Shown here one piece after another: positions 25,654-39,120 of a stretch of DNA of 57,392 bases (position 1 is the stretch's first letter; each line of letters opens with the position of its first letter). Source of the stretch: Girardia tigrina. Lineage: Eukaryota. The notes under the pieces are model-generated. The model did no database searches. It saw only the letters and a list, made by a program, of their open reading frames with translations, and was not told the DNA's origin. The DNA lies in NCBI GenBank assembly GCA_001938485.1, contig MQRK01226806.1, positions 1 to 57,392 of the forward strand, read 5' to 3'. Position numbers and translations under genes: made by a program.

Positions 25654-26033
25654 AGAAAAATTAGTAATTGTATGCAAAGAAACAACAAGAGAATGTTCTG
25701 TAAATCCATTCGGATTTGATTGGGCTCTCTCTTGCTAGAGGAAATAAACGCCGTTTGCTTTTTTGGTCCAATAGAAAATCAAATCTGAATGGAAAACGCA
25801 AATCTCTTTAGTTTTAATAATGCATTTATAATTGAAAATAACGAGGAAAAAAGGAAAAGGCGATTATATCATTTATAATATTCTATCATACACAACAATC
25901 TCTATATTTGTACGAAATTGTATCGTAATTACATTCATATTTTTGTATTTTTTTTGATATATCGAAATTTATGGCAGAATCAAGCGAAACCTTTTAGTAA
26001 TAGATTATGGATTTCGGTTAACAATAATATTTA

Positions 26034-27067
26034 TTGGTTTGACCAAAAAGTCATTGCGTTTTTTACTAAAATATTTATTATCAAAAAATGATATGGATGC
26101 ACAAATATTTTTACATGATATACTGTCCATTATTTTCAATCACATTCTTCCACCTTTCCGGTAGCTTCATTATTCTTGATTCATAAAAATATTTGCCTTT
26201 GTCAGCAAAAAAGCCGTTTAGGAACGATTTGATGTCATCATCACTGGCGAATGTTTTTCTGTTTAAGGAATTCTGCAGTAATCTAAATATGTGAAAATCC
26301 GAAGGCGCCAAGTCTGGAGAATACGGTGGGTGCGGCAAAACCTCAAAACCTAGTGATCGTTTTAGCAGGCTCACCACGTTTTGTCCATGATCGTCGGCGT
26401 TCCACATTGTTGTAAACAATCCATATTTCGTCACCCGTAATCAAGCGCTTCAAAAATAGATCACTTTATTCTCGTTTCAAAAGGGAATCGCAAATGTCTA
26501 TACGTTTCACCAAATGAATTTCTTTCAGTTCATGTGGTAACCACATATCGAGTTTACTGACGAATCCAAGTTTCTTTAAATGACTTCCAACACTTTATTT
26601 TGATATTTCCAGAGTCTATGCAACTTTTCTTGGCGTCATATGTGGATTAGATTTTATCAGTGCTGCTATTTTGTCGCCATCAACTTCAACTGGTCGACCG
26701 GAGCGTGGTGCATCTTTGAGATGAAATTTTTCAGAACGAAATTTAGAAAACCAGTATTGATACTGTCGAAGTTTTAAGGAGTCACTACCATATACAAAAC
26801 ATATCTTCTTATGAACTTGCACAGCGGTTTTCCCTTTGTGAAAATAATGCAACAAAACATGACGAATATGCTTATTTTGATTTTCCATTTCGAATTGACG
26901 GTAAAGTAATAAATTAAAACAAAATCAATTAATATTTTGTATAAACCTAGTCTGAAAATTAAGGTTTCAGAATATATAATTGAATTTAAATTTTATCACA
27001 TCGTTTTATATTTGAACCTTTTTATTAGGACGTACTCAAAAACGCAATGACTTTTTGAGCAACCCAA
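26034..27067 (-). mobile_element. Mariner with internal deletion, just upstream of the DSL gene
   Basis: TIRs TTGGTTTGACCAAAAAGTCATTGCGTTTT / AAAACGCAATGACTTTTTGAGCAACCCAA with TA; motifs DAPRSGRP, WLPHEL, PHPPYSPDLAPSDFHIF; central catalytic part missing. Confidence 0.92.
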
Positions 27068-29296
27068 TATAAACATAGATTATTAACCATAATGGAAATG
27101 TTTTTTTATATCTTAGGGGTATAATACTTAACGTGTTTGAGATATTTGTTTTATGAACAGACAAAAATATATTGTAATGAAATTTAGTATATTTACAATC
27201 GCTTACAATCGCTCTGTAAAACAGACAACTCATTTTATTATTTGATATACCGAAATATTTGGCAGATTTACAAGCGAAACTTTCTAGATTATGGATTTCG
27301 GTTTACGATATTATTTATTTTAAAATTAAGTAATAAAGTGAATTTCATAGGAATATATTTTTGTCTGTTTCTAAAACAAATATTCCCAACGTATTGAGTA
27401 TTATACATCTTAGACAAAGAATAAGATACAAAAAATAAACATTGGCATTATCGTAACATCAGGAAAGGGTTGGATAAACTAGATTTGTAAATTAACATTT
27501 TATAAAATTAATTTATATTTGCACTATATTTTATGGATTTGAGGTCTCAATTTGAAATTTTTAGATAGGTTGAGGAGAATCATAGAATTAAACCCTTCTG
27601 ATTTGGATTATGGTTTTATAAATAAGTAAGTGTCAAAACCCGGATTAATGAGCAATCACAATCAAGTTGATCGAGTAAAGTTCTTGACCATTGGTTATTT
27701 TGTAAGAATAGAATGTCTTATGTTTGTAAAGATGAATTTTCTGTTCTACAGATCGATTCGATTCACATTATAAGCGGCAGTTCTATGAATCATTATTGAT
27801 TAAACACTACAACTCATAATTTAATATTAAAATGGGATAAATAAGGTAGTCTTAATTCTAAAAAAAATCGCCATTGATATCCAACAATATTTCTATCAAA
27901 TATAATAAATTTTCTACATTTTATCATTTTAACAGTTTTCTCTTCATTATTAATCGTAAAAAGTTTTCTAAACAAACTTTATTTGCTGATGGTGATGTAT
28001 GGAACATCAAAACATGTACAAAAATCATTAACTAAATTACTTTTCAAACATACCATATCACGACTCAAAATTGAAGAATATTCGATTTAATGAATGAAAA
28101 AGAAAACATTGAAAATTATAACTACAAAAGATTACTTACAATAAAAATAAGTCTTCTGCCTATTGAAGATAAATTTCTTAATCCTCCAATTCCTTTCTTC
28201 AATTAAATCAAAAATAAATTCCACTGATTCCAAAATAATACTTTTCATCTTCATAGAAAATTCGAAATTTATATTAGTCTGCATTACGAAATTTTGTGTC
28301 TCTCTTGTTGTTCTTCTTAGTTTATTTTATATTTTATTTCCTTGATTTAAAATTTAAATTTTCAATCTTATGTCATAAACATTTTTCTATCTCCAGAATT
28401 CTATTAGATTGGTTAACATCGACCTTTAGACTTGAAAATGTTATTTTATTTTGCAAATTTAAAATATATAATAAATTTAATTTTAAATTTATGTGAACAT
28501 AATAACGAATCATTTGAATTATATAAAAATTAGATTAAATTATTCATTATCGATGTTATATAAGTTCATAAGTTCTTGCTCATGAAATATTTTATTGTTG
28601 TATATTTCTTTTAACGAAATTTATCCCAATTAATCCTTTTTTCTTCTAATTTTATAATCTTTAACCGTTTCAAGACGATTTTTTTCTACAAACATTAAAA
28701 AGTGGAAAGTTATTGAACGGAGGAACAATCTGTTGAAAACATATGCGAGTAGAGGTATGTATTGTGACGGTTGCGTGATCAAAGCGTAATCGTAATAGTA
28801 AAAGATGGAATGGGCTGAATAAGTCCTCTGATAAACGCATTTGAAAAGTTCAGTCATGTGTTGAAATCACTTAGGATTAGAAAGTCCCTGTATATCTGAA
28901 ACGTTTAATCCAAATGGTCTGCAAAATTGTCTATTGAGACCTCCAAAAGTCTGAAAAAATTGGGGTATTTAAGTAAAAAAGTTCGATTTCTTTTCCTTCT
29001 TATTTTATTATTAATGTGATTTTTTTCACATGCTTTTCTTTCAGTTTAAAAACTTTGCTAATTCTAATCATTACGCTTGTTGCACTACAAATCCTGTTTC
29101 GGGTTTCTTCTTGCGTTGTTCCATTATCAGTGAGCTACTGATAATAATAATTTATTTAATACAGTTCAACAAAATTTTTCATTTAACAATATTTTAATGT
29201 TTAATTTTTGACCAAATAAATCAAAATAAAAACAAAGCCTTGACAATAAACATGCCGAATATAAATGTTTGAAAAACACCAAATGATTATACGGCT

Positions 29297-31716
29297 TAGT
29301 GCTTCTGAACCGGGATCCCGGAACCGGGAATTCCCGGGAAATTTGACTTATTTCACGGTCTCGGTATCGATTGATTTTTTTCAAAAATCCCTGAAAAATT
29401 CCCGGTTTTCTTAAATTATGAAAAATTAAGTATTTTTAGTTATCTAATTAAGTTTAATTATCTAACTAATTTATTATTTATATTGATTAATTTTAATTAA
29501 AATTAGATTATGAAGCAGTATTCAACTGATTTTGTAAGTATAAACACACTTCTTTAATATTTGAAATGTAAAATATTTTAAGCCAAAAATGACAGCTCAA
29601 CAAACTCAGTCTTAGGTTTGGCAATACTTCGAACGACAAAATGAAGATGAGGCCAAGTGCTTGGAATGTCAGAAAATCATATCTTGCAAAGGATGGAGTA
29701 CAAGTGGATTATCACGTCATCTCCAGAAAAAGCACAATATTTTTGAGAAGAAAGATGAAGATGAAAAACCATCTTGTAAGAAACAAAATTCTCAGTCAAA
29801 TATTTCAGCATTCTTCCAAAAGAAATTGGTCTCCTTAGAAGAAATTGTTTCAAAGCTTGCTGCTCAAGATGGAATCTCTACTCATGCTATTTGTAATAGT
29901 AAATTCATTAGATCTGCTTTACTGGACAGGCTTAAAACTACCAAAAGATGAATCAATGATAATAGCACTGGTTCATCATCAAAGTGATATCTTTAAAGAA
30001 GAAATTCGACAGGAGCTTGTGCAGAAGAGGGAAAAAGCTCACCGTTTTTGCATTTCCCTTGATGAATTTACTTCTTCGAAGAACCGGAGATATATGAATA
30101 TAAGTGTTCATGAAAAGAACAATTATTATAATCTTGGAATGATAGGAATGTCAGGCACCTTTCCAGTCGTAAAATGCCTTTCCATTCTTGAAAATCGTTT
30201 GGCTGATTTTGGTCTTAATATTGAATCTTCCAGTGTCAGTGCAGTGTCTGATTGGCATCAGTAATGAAAAAACTGGGCCGCATAACATCATATGAACATC
30301 AAATGTACTATGCTCATACCATTCATCTTGCAGTCTGTGATGTTTTTTATTCTCATGTAACTCTCAGTCAAATGGAAGAGCACACAGATGATGAATCTGA
30401 GAACAATGAAGATAAAAACTATAATGATGGCTTTAACATCGATGGGAATGATGTTGAAACTCCAAGTTTTGCTTATGAGCTTGGCAGTGTTATAAAAAAG
30501 TTCGTTCACTGGTCAACTTATTCAGAAAATGTCCAGTAAAAAAGCGAAATTCTTCAGAAATATGTCAAACTTGAGCATGGAAAAGAATTCGCACTTTTAA
30601 AAGATTGCAAGACAAGATGGAGCTCCATGTTGACAATGGTCGAGCGATTTCTTTTCTTGCGAAAAGCAATTATCAAAGCTCTGGTTGACATATCAGTTGA
30701 GATGGACTTCACTGAGAGTGAGTTTGAGCTCCTTGACGATGTTAATTGTGCTTTAGAGCCACTGAAATTGGGAATTGAAGCACTCTGTCGTTAAGATTCA
30801 ACATTGCTTTCTGCTGATGGAATATTTCGTTTCATATTTAGTCAATTGGGAATGCGTGAGTCATCTTGCATTAAAAAATTAACATCAGCAGTTGAGAAAA
30901 GAATCACAGAAAGGAGACAAAGTGATCTTGTTAGATTACTTCGTTTTCTCCATGATCCAAAATGTTTAAAAGAACAAGACAACCTGTTTCAAATGCCATC
31001 TAGAAAAGTATTGCAAAAAAATGCTAAAGAACTTAGGCTTTTAGAACTTCCAGGCTTTTCTAGAAGATGATGATCAATAAAGCAAGAGTCAGGAATCAAA
31101 ACCTGTGCGAGAAGAGAGTCTTTCAGGTAAATTGGAATACTTTATTCACGAGACAACCTCCACTACCAGCAAAAAAGTATTGGATGTTTCATCAAACATT
31201 GACAAAGAGTTCAATGTTTTTTGTGCAACAGAGAATGGTACTCCTAGTCTTGATTTGCTTCACAATGCTCTTCTGAAGATCCCTCCAACTTCTTTAGAAG
31301 CTGAAAGAGCATTTACAAAACTCCGAAATTCTTTGAGTGACAAGTCTGTTAATGCATTGTGCTTTCTTCGGGCTTACTACATTATGAATGAAAAAAATTA
31401 AGCATCTTGTTACATAAAATTCAGTTTTAAATTCTAATGTTTCATAATTTTTCTGCATTTGGTCAAGATAAATATGTTTGTTTTCATGAATACTATTTGA
31501 CATATATTGCAATGTAAATATTATAAGGATATGTTGGTTTAATAAAATTAAAAAATGTCTACTTTGTTTCCATGTTTAATTACTTTACAACAATGTTTGC
31601 AGTGGCATTGAATTCTATTTTGTTAAAAAAAATAAAATTCACGGGATCCCGGGTTTTAACTTATTTTTTTCCAGGAATCCCGGTTTTTCAAAAATCCAAG
31701 GAAATCAGAAGCACTA
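29297..31716 (+). mobile_element. hAT transposon with both ends (BED finger transposase, frameshifted)
   Basis: TIR TAGTGCTTCTGA / TCAGAAGCACTA; 8-bp TSD ATACGGCT/ATACGACT; CCGGGA subterminal repeats; motifs CxxC..STSGLSRHLQKKH, SLDEFTS, AHTIHLAV, CKTRWSS, IPPTSLEAERAF. Confidence 0.95.
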
Positions 31717-32589
31717 ATACGACTTAAGTGTGAAGTTGGGATCAAAAAAATACAATTTAATCCTCTGTCGGGCAAAAGCGACATTACTTTCCGAACATCC
31801 CAATATTTCTTTTTATTCGGTCATTATTCTTAGTTCTAACGAAAGTTGCTCTTTTATTTCAAATATACTTTTTATTTTTTTAATCTTTGATAAAAACGAA
31901 AAAACTACATTTGCCAGATCATTTAGGATTTTTATGACCAATTTAATATTTTAATTTTCATATAATAAACATTTACAATTTATTTTTATGCATATTGTTA
32001 CAGATTATTCGAGAAATTGCCTCCTCCCATTTACTCCCACCAGGGAAACTCTTTTCTCCTCCAAATATGCGAGTTGCCGGCTGCTTCGGTTACGGAAGAA
32101 GAGAATTTTGTACATCAATTATTTAGACCGAATAAGCCTTAGCTTATGTTTAGGGTAACTGGTTGATCCGGTTTGTAAAATTCGCGATCCGGTGACTTTA
32201 ATAACACATTGGAAAGATTCCAATTGTACGATTTGGATTTTTAAACTATTTTTGTAATTATTTCATCGCACCATCATAACTTTGTCACAAACACTTGTAA
32301 TCGAATATCTCTGAAGTATTAAACAATCGTGTTTTTGCAAATTCGAATAATTAACGAATATTTCGGTTTATATCTGATTAAATATATAATCTAAAACTAT
32401 TTTAAGGAGAATTCCGACAATCGGGACGTTTGCGACATGTAAACAAAACGTTTTTATGAAGACAAGGAGTAGATTTTGACAAAGGGTCACTTCTTTCAGT
32501 TGCTATAAAATGAATTAAAGCAATAGAAAAATAATGAATTAAGTTATATTAAGATATTTTATTTTATAGATATATTAATAAAAAAAGAA

Positions 32590-32697
32590 TTATTATTAAT
32601 ATTATTATTGTTATTATTATTATTATTATTATTATTGCTATTATTATTATTTTCTTTATTATTATTATATTATTATCAGTATGATTATTATTATTGT
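32590..32697. repeat. Degenerate (TTA)n microsatellite
   Basis: Direct reading. Confidence 0.9.
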
Positions 32698-33311
32698 TAA
32701 AATAAGTCTAATCTACCTACCTCAACTTCTGACAGATTAATATATGATTTATCCTTTTATAAATTTCACCTTTCAAATAAGTCATTTAAGACAAGGGGGA
32801 ATTTTTCATACCCCAGAGATTTAGACCATTAAATAAAAAATCCTAAACATCGTTTTTAATACTTATTTTAAATTTATTTCAATAAATTTAATAAATAATG
32901 TAGTGAATTTTTTTTCCGTGAATTTCCATATACGAAAATAATTTATGTGTATAATAAATTATTAAAATTTTTACCAATAATTAATTTTAACAAAAAAAAC
33001 TTTTTATCCCAGTTTTTATTGTTGCTCCTTTGTAATGGGATTCAAAAATAAAGTGGACCAACAAATTAAANTAATTCTAAAAAATTAATTTAAAAAACGC
33101 TTGTTTAAATATTGTTCATTGATAAATACATTTTTAAAATTGGATTGTTTCGATTTCATTATTCATTTTCGAAAGGTTTTCTGTCGATAAATCGTCAAAT
33201 AAAACAGAAAAAATATAATCAAAGAAATTCAAAATTTTTTTATCGAATTTTTTTGATTCCGTCAAATCGCATCGCAATCGTATTCGATATTGATCGATTG
33301 ACGAATCGCGC

Positions 33312-33914
33312 ATGTCTCTGCGACCGACCGAAATGATTTCGTTCAACAGTGATCCGAACACGAGTNNNNNNNNNNNNNNNNNNNNNNNNNNNNNNNNNNN
33401 NNNNNNNNNNNNNNNGTCTCGTGATGGTGAGCAACGATCCGTGCGCACGCGCGCCGTGTCTGCGCCTGCTGTCGATCCTGCACGAGGTCTTCTGCGACAA
33501 CAATTCTGTGCACCGCATGGTCATCCTGAATCTCCACTCCCACTACGGCATCGAGTTGAGCGCCGCCGTCGAAGCGAGCAATACGTGTGCGCCGATCTTG
33601 AGCGACCTCACGGGGGGTCTCTGCCACACGCTCCGATCCTCGTAACGCGGTCCTCATTGCACGCGCGCAGCCAAATCGACGTGCTCATCCACCAGATCAA
33701 CATCGAGGACCAAGAGCCGGCGATTCTCGCAATCTTCGACAACCAATCGATTCTCGCCCGGCGAATGCCTCACGTATGGACCGAGGATCACATCTCGTTC
33801 CTGTGTCGCCTCTTCCACCATGAGTCCGACGCGATCGAAGAGATCTCCAAAAATAATAATAAATTTATTGTAAAAAAATATTTAATTTCGATAAAGATTT
33901 TTGTCCTAAAATAA
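33312..33914 (+). other. GC-rich orphan ORF (gapped, probably frameshifted), function unknown
   Basis: Strong C/G third-position bias (ATC CAC CAG ATC AAC ATC GAG GAC...) against an AT-rich background; no recognisable family. Confidence 0.5.
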
Positions 33915-34152
33915 AAATTATTTTTTTATTCATTACTTTATGTACATTGTTCAAAGATCCGTTAATAATTTAAATCGATGTATTTTTCTGTATCTTCAAC
34001 CTTTTTGTATTTGGCGTGTCTGAAATTAATGAGACTTCCATTAACCCACTTACAAGACAGACAGTTTTCAGTAATGTAATTTATTTTCATACAACTTAGT
34101 TCCCATTGACTAGAATGACATCTTTACAATGGGTATACAATCGCTCATACTA

Positions 34153-35565
34153 TTAGGTGTACAACTAATTAATTTCGTATTTGTTACCTCATTTCATATT
34201 TGTTACCTCATTTCGAATTTGTTACTAACCTCATATCTATTTATGTAGTCAATAGTCAAATTTTATTGAATTTTAATAAACACACAAATTTTTTTATTAC
34301 AGTCAAAATGTCAAATTACATTCCAACAAAACAGCATTTGCGGGGAGGTTTGCTTTTGTTCTTTAATTTAAGGAAAAGTAAAACAGAAGCACATCGTTTA
34401 CTATCAGAAGCTTATCCTGAATATGCTCCAGAGGTTAGAGTATATCAGCAGTGGTTTGCACGATTTAAAAGTGGCGATTTTGACACAGAAGACAAAGAGC
34501 GATCAGGTCCATCAAAAAAAATTGAAGACAAAGAATTGGAGGCTTTATTCGATCAAGATCCATGTCAAACTAAAGAAGAACTTGGAAAAACATTGGAAGT
34601 CACTCAACAAGCCATTTCTAAACGTTTAAAAGCAGCCGGATACATTCAGAAACAAGGAAATTAGGTGCCAAACGAATTGAAGCCGAGAGACGTTGAGAGA
34701 CGATTTTGCATGTCTGAAATGCTGCTTAATCGCCACAAAAAAAACCGTTTTTACATCGTATTGTCACTGGCGATGAAAAGTGGATTCATTACGACAACCC
34801 AAAGCGTAAAAGATCATATGTGAAGCCAGGCCAACCAGTCAAATCGACACCAAAGCCGAATATTCATGGTTTGAAGGTAGTGCTCTGTATTTGGTGGGAT
34901 CAGAAGGGTGTGCTGTACTATGAGCTGTTAAAATCGGGCCAGAAGATCACGGGAGAGCTATACAGGCAACAATTGATACGTTTGAAGCAAGCAATAGCCG
35001 AAAAACGGCCAGAATTGGCGACCAGACACGAGAAATTGATTTTCCATCATGACAATGCTCGGCNNNNNNNNNNNNNNNNNNNNNNNNNNNNNNNNNNNNN
35101 NNNNNNNNNNNNNACAATTGATACGTTTGAAGCAAGCAATAGCCGAAAAACGGCCAGAATTGGCGACCAGACACGAGAAATTGATTTTCCATCATGACAA
35201 TGCTCGGCCACATGTTGCAGTACCGGTCAAAAGTTATTTGGAAAATGCCGGATGAGAAATTTTACCTCACCCGCCTTATAGCCCAGACATAGCTCCTTCT
35301 GATTACCACTTGTTTCGGTCGATGCAGAATCACCTTTCTGGAATACGGTTCACCAATGTTGAAGGTATTAAAAAATGGCTTGATGACTTTATCGGTGCAA
35401 AAGATGAGAAGTTTTTTGGGATGGAATCCATAAATTGCCTGACAGATGGGAAAAAGTTGCCGCTTCCGATGGACAATATTTTGAATAAAATATTTTTTCA
35501 CTTTTATACTTAAATAAATGGTTTTTTAACAAAAAAAATACGAAATAAATTAGTTGTACACCCAA
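34153..35565 (+). mobile_element. Full-length mariner (mauritiana/Mos1-like), inactivated
   Basis: TIRs TTAGGTGTACAACTAATT / AATTAGTTGTACACCCAA; MSNYIPTKQHLR, TGDEKW, HHDNARPH, PYSPDIAPSDYHLF; stops and frameshifts. Confidence 0.95.
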
Positions 35566-35569
35566 AAGA

Positions 35570-36909
35570 AGTGTTAACCTTCAATGTGTCTGAACAGCTT
35601 CAACGACTCCTAAACTTCTTCTCAGGAGTGGAAGTCTCTTTTAAGGTGTTTGCACAATCAGAGTGCACAATTAGGATGGTGCAGCCGTTTCATGAACAGG
35701 AAAAATCAAGTATTAAGGCAGAAAACAAAATTTGCCCAAAAACTACCAGCAGATCTTGAGGAAAAAGTTACAAGTTTCCACCATTTCATTATTAATTTTA
35801 GGAAAAAACATGAGTCTCCATTATTACGAGTAAATATAGGAAAGATGGATGAAACCCCGATGAACCTCGACATGGTGGGCAATCGAACAGTTGATTCCAA
35901 AGGTCTAAAAACGGTACTATTTCGAAGAACTGGTAATGTAAAAGCAAGGTTTACAGTGGTACTGTCGTGTTTAACTGATGAGACAAAGTTGCAACCTATG
36001 ATCATCTTCAAGCGTAAAAGAAAACCGAAAATAAAATTTCCTTCTGGTGTTTTTGTTCATTTTCATGATAAATGATGGATGGATGAAAACGGGGTCAAAT
36101 TGTCGATAAATAATGTACGGAACAATCAACCAGGTGGTTTATTTAAGAAATGCAGTTTATTAGTTTGTGACATGTTTCACAGTCATATAACTGATAGCGC
36201 TAAAACTCTATTATCAAAAATAAAACTAATGTCGCTGTTATACCGGGTGGTTTAACGTCTGTATTGCAACCTCTAGATGTTTCCTTGAACAAACCATTTA
36301 AGAATCATGTACGTGCAGAGTGGAATAATTGGATGTTGAATGGTGAGAAATCATTTACAGCTGGAGGAGCAATGCGAGCTCCACCACTTGATATATTATG
36401 CAACTTCGTGATCAAAGCAGGGGATAAAATAAAAGTTGAGACTGCATTAAAATCATGTGGTAATCATGTGGCATTAAAAAATGTGGTATCCCAAATTCCA
36501 TGGATGGTACAGAAGATGATTTATTATGAGACACTAATGATGATGATGAGCAAGGCAACACCGATTCAGGTGACTCGAGCTGGGATCCCTATGACGAGAA
36601 TCTAAACAATGAGTCCCCGAACGTGCTTGAGAAGTTGTTTTTTCTCAGATGATAACACAGAAAGATGACTTGTAAAAACTTCAAGTGATTGATTTGATGT
36701 TTATTTTGATTAACTAAATTATATTTCTAGGTACCTATGTTTGTTTGTTCTGTTTATTAAAATATAAGTAAACTTTCTTCCTTAAATAAAATCTTTACAT
36801 GTTATATTTTTAATACCATTAAATTTGTACTGGGTGTATAAGATGACCCCTATAAGACGAACCCTATTTACTGGATTTTAAGCCTCGTCTTAAACGCCGA
36901 TATATACGG
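35570..36909 (+). mobile_element. pogo/Tigger-like element, 5'-truncated
   Basis: GWCSRFMNR, MDETPM, FTVVLSC, IPGGLTSVLQPLDVSLNKPFK; right end ...ACGCCGATATATACGG-TA. Confidence 0.9.
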
Positions 36910-36949
36910 TATATATATATATATATATCTTTTAAAGGAGATAACATAT

Positions 36950-37417
36950 TCATATGTTATGCTGAGATGTATCTATTAAATAGTGTTCAGTGTTATGAAA
37001 TCATCAGTATTTCACAGTGAACATTTTAAGAAAATAAATCATATTTTCTTTGATTATTCTGAAAAAAACTTTTAAAATGCTTTGATTTTGAGATATTAAC
37101 TATTGTCAAAATATACCTAATATCATAATTATATGACTCAAAATCAACTTTGACATGAAACTATCGATCGCTTAAGCCTTAATTCCAATTTTTAGCATTT
37201 GACCTTAGATGCCCTTGACTGATCCTGGGCATACATTAGTAACTAATTATTCACTACATAAAACTGCAAAAATTAGATATTTGATCTTTAACAACCTTGA
37301 ATGAACTTGAACGATATAGAATTACTATATCAGTCTATATCAGGATTAACGAGACATATCCGAAAATATATAGTTTATGGGGTATTGAAAGCGTTATAAT
37401 GAGGTGTTATAAACATA
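36950..37417 (+). mobile_element. DINE-1/HINE-like (Helentron-associated) element cut off by a mariner
   Basis: Core ACGAGACATATCCGAAAATATATAGTTTATGGGGT (37349-37383) is shared with 45441-45475. Boundaries are approximate. Confidence 0.45.
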
Positions 37418-38740
37418 TACGTGGGCTGTCCAAAAATTTCTTAGTCTAACAATGAAAATCAAAAGTAAAATTTGAAAAGTTATATTTATTTATCAAAATA
37501 TATAATCTCCCAAAACAATAATACATTAATTCCAACTTTTTTTCTAATACTTCTATCCATTTTAAAATGATGTTCCTCGAGCTCTGCAAAATAACCGTTT
37601 ACAGCTGTAATAGTTTCATCATTTGATGTGAAATGCTTTCCAGTAAAGAACTTTTTTAGGTTAGGAAACAAATAATTGTCACTGGGAGCCAAATCTGAGG
37701 AATACGGTGGATGATCAAGCAATTCGCACTTCAATTCATTCAATTAAGCCATCATCAAACCAGTGTTTTGACCAGGTGTATTGTTTTGATGAAGAATATT
37801 TTTTTCTTCGCGAACCATGTCTTTTCTCACGAATTATTGCATCCAGTCGATCCAAAAGTCCTCAATAATGTTCTTAGTTGACTGTTTTACCTTTTTCAAG
37901 ATAATCGATAAATAAAACTGTAAGAGTGTGTTGTTGTTATTTTTTAATTTTCGGAAATAGGAAATTTATTTTTTAAAAATTTCGAATTATAATCGAAATT
38001 AAAAAAAAATATTGGAAAATAAAATTAAAAAAAAGAAAATAAAAAAATTAAAATGTATTTAAATAACAAATTTAGCCTTTTGTAGTGTTGAATAAATTTT
38101 GCAAGTCTTAATTTCTTTTTGATTTAGAATGGAAGTTAATTCCAAACCTAACAAAAACAATTTGGTAATTCAAAAAATTGTTTCCGCAACCTTCTCGCCT
38201 GATTGAACTGTTTTAGATTTCTTTAATGCATTTCCACTGGCTTCAATCCATTATTTTGACTGGTGTATAATTTTGAATCCATGTTTCATCAGCAGTTTTA
38301 AAAGCACGTTTAAAATCTACTTTATTTTGTCTAAAACTATCCAAACAAGCTTGAAAATTTCTCATTCGAAAGCTTTTTTAATCGATCGTTATCAAATGCG
38401 GCACCCAACTTGCGAAAAGCTTTTTCATGTGTAATTCTTCATGCAAAATACATCTAACTCGATCTTTTGAGATGTCCATGGTATCAGCTAAAACCCGTCA
38501 TGTAAAACCATATCATGTACTTAATGAACAATTTCTGGTGTTACCACAGTTTTTGGACGTCCACTACGTGAATCATCTCCAATGCTTTTACTACCACGTT
38601 TAAATTCAGAAATCCAATTTTTTACTGTGACATACAAAGGAGCAATTTCACTTTACACATTCACCATATCAGTATGAATTTCCTCTCCTTTTATTCTTTT
38701 CATAAATAAATATTTAATAACCACCCGATTCGTGAATTTA
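37418..38740 (-). mobile_element. Mariner (irritans-like), degraded and interrupted
   Basis: DHPPYSPDLAPSD-like motif (DHPPYSSDLAPSDNYLF); ARWVP-type segment near 38400; HTH region at 38500-38730; unrelated insert at ~37920-38330. Confidence 0.8.
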
Positions 38741-39120
38741 TTAGGGTGAACCAAAAGTCTTTTCGTATTTTATATTGAAAATTTAAACATAATTTTACAA
38801 CAAATAAAAAACTTTTAAGTTTCAAAGTAAAGGCCATTTGAATCTATAGCTTTAATCCATCTATGGGCAAGTTGTGCTATCCCGCTGCGGTACCAATCCT
38901 TGTTCTTAGAAGCGAAGAACTGGTGACACACGTTTTCGACCTCGGCCAGATTATTGAAGCTGCGACCACGAAGAAAGTGTGCCATAGAGCGGAAAAGGTG
39001 ATAGTTGGATGGCGCAAGATCTGGACTATACACTGGGTGTGGAAGAAGTTCAAAGGCGTCGACACTTTTGATTTTTTCCTTTGTTTGTTTGGCAGTGTGT
39101 GGTTTTGCATTGTCCTGTCG
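38741..39120 (-). mobile_element. Mariner 3' fragment
   Basis: YSPDLAPSNYHLFRSMAHFL...NGLYFET; TA-TTAGGGTGAACCAAAAG terminal repeat. Confidence 0.85.

Noticed and set aside
34968-35208. Exact ~95-bp duplication inside the mariner transposase (QLIRLKQ...HHDNAR twice)
   Set aside because: The copies flank a 50-N gap; this is a typical scaffolding overlap artefact, also seen around 9973-10022.
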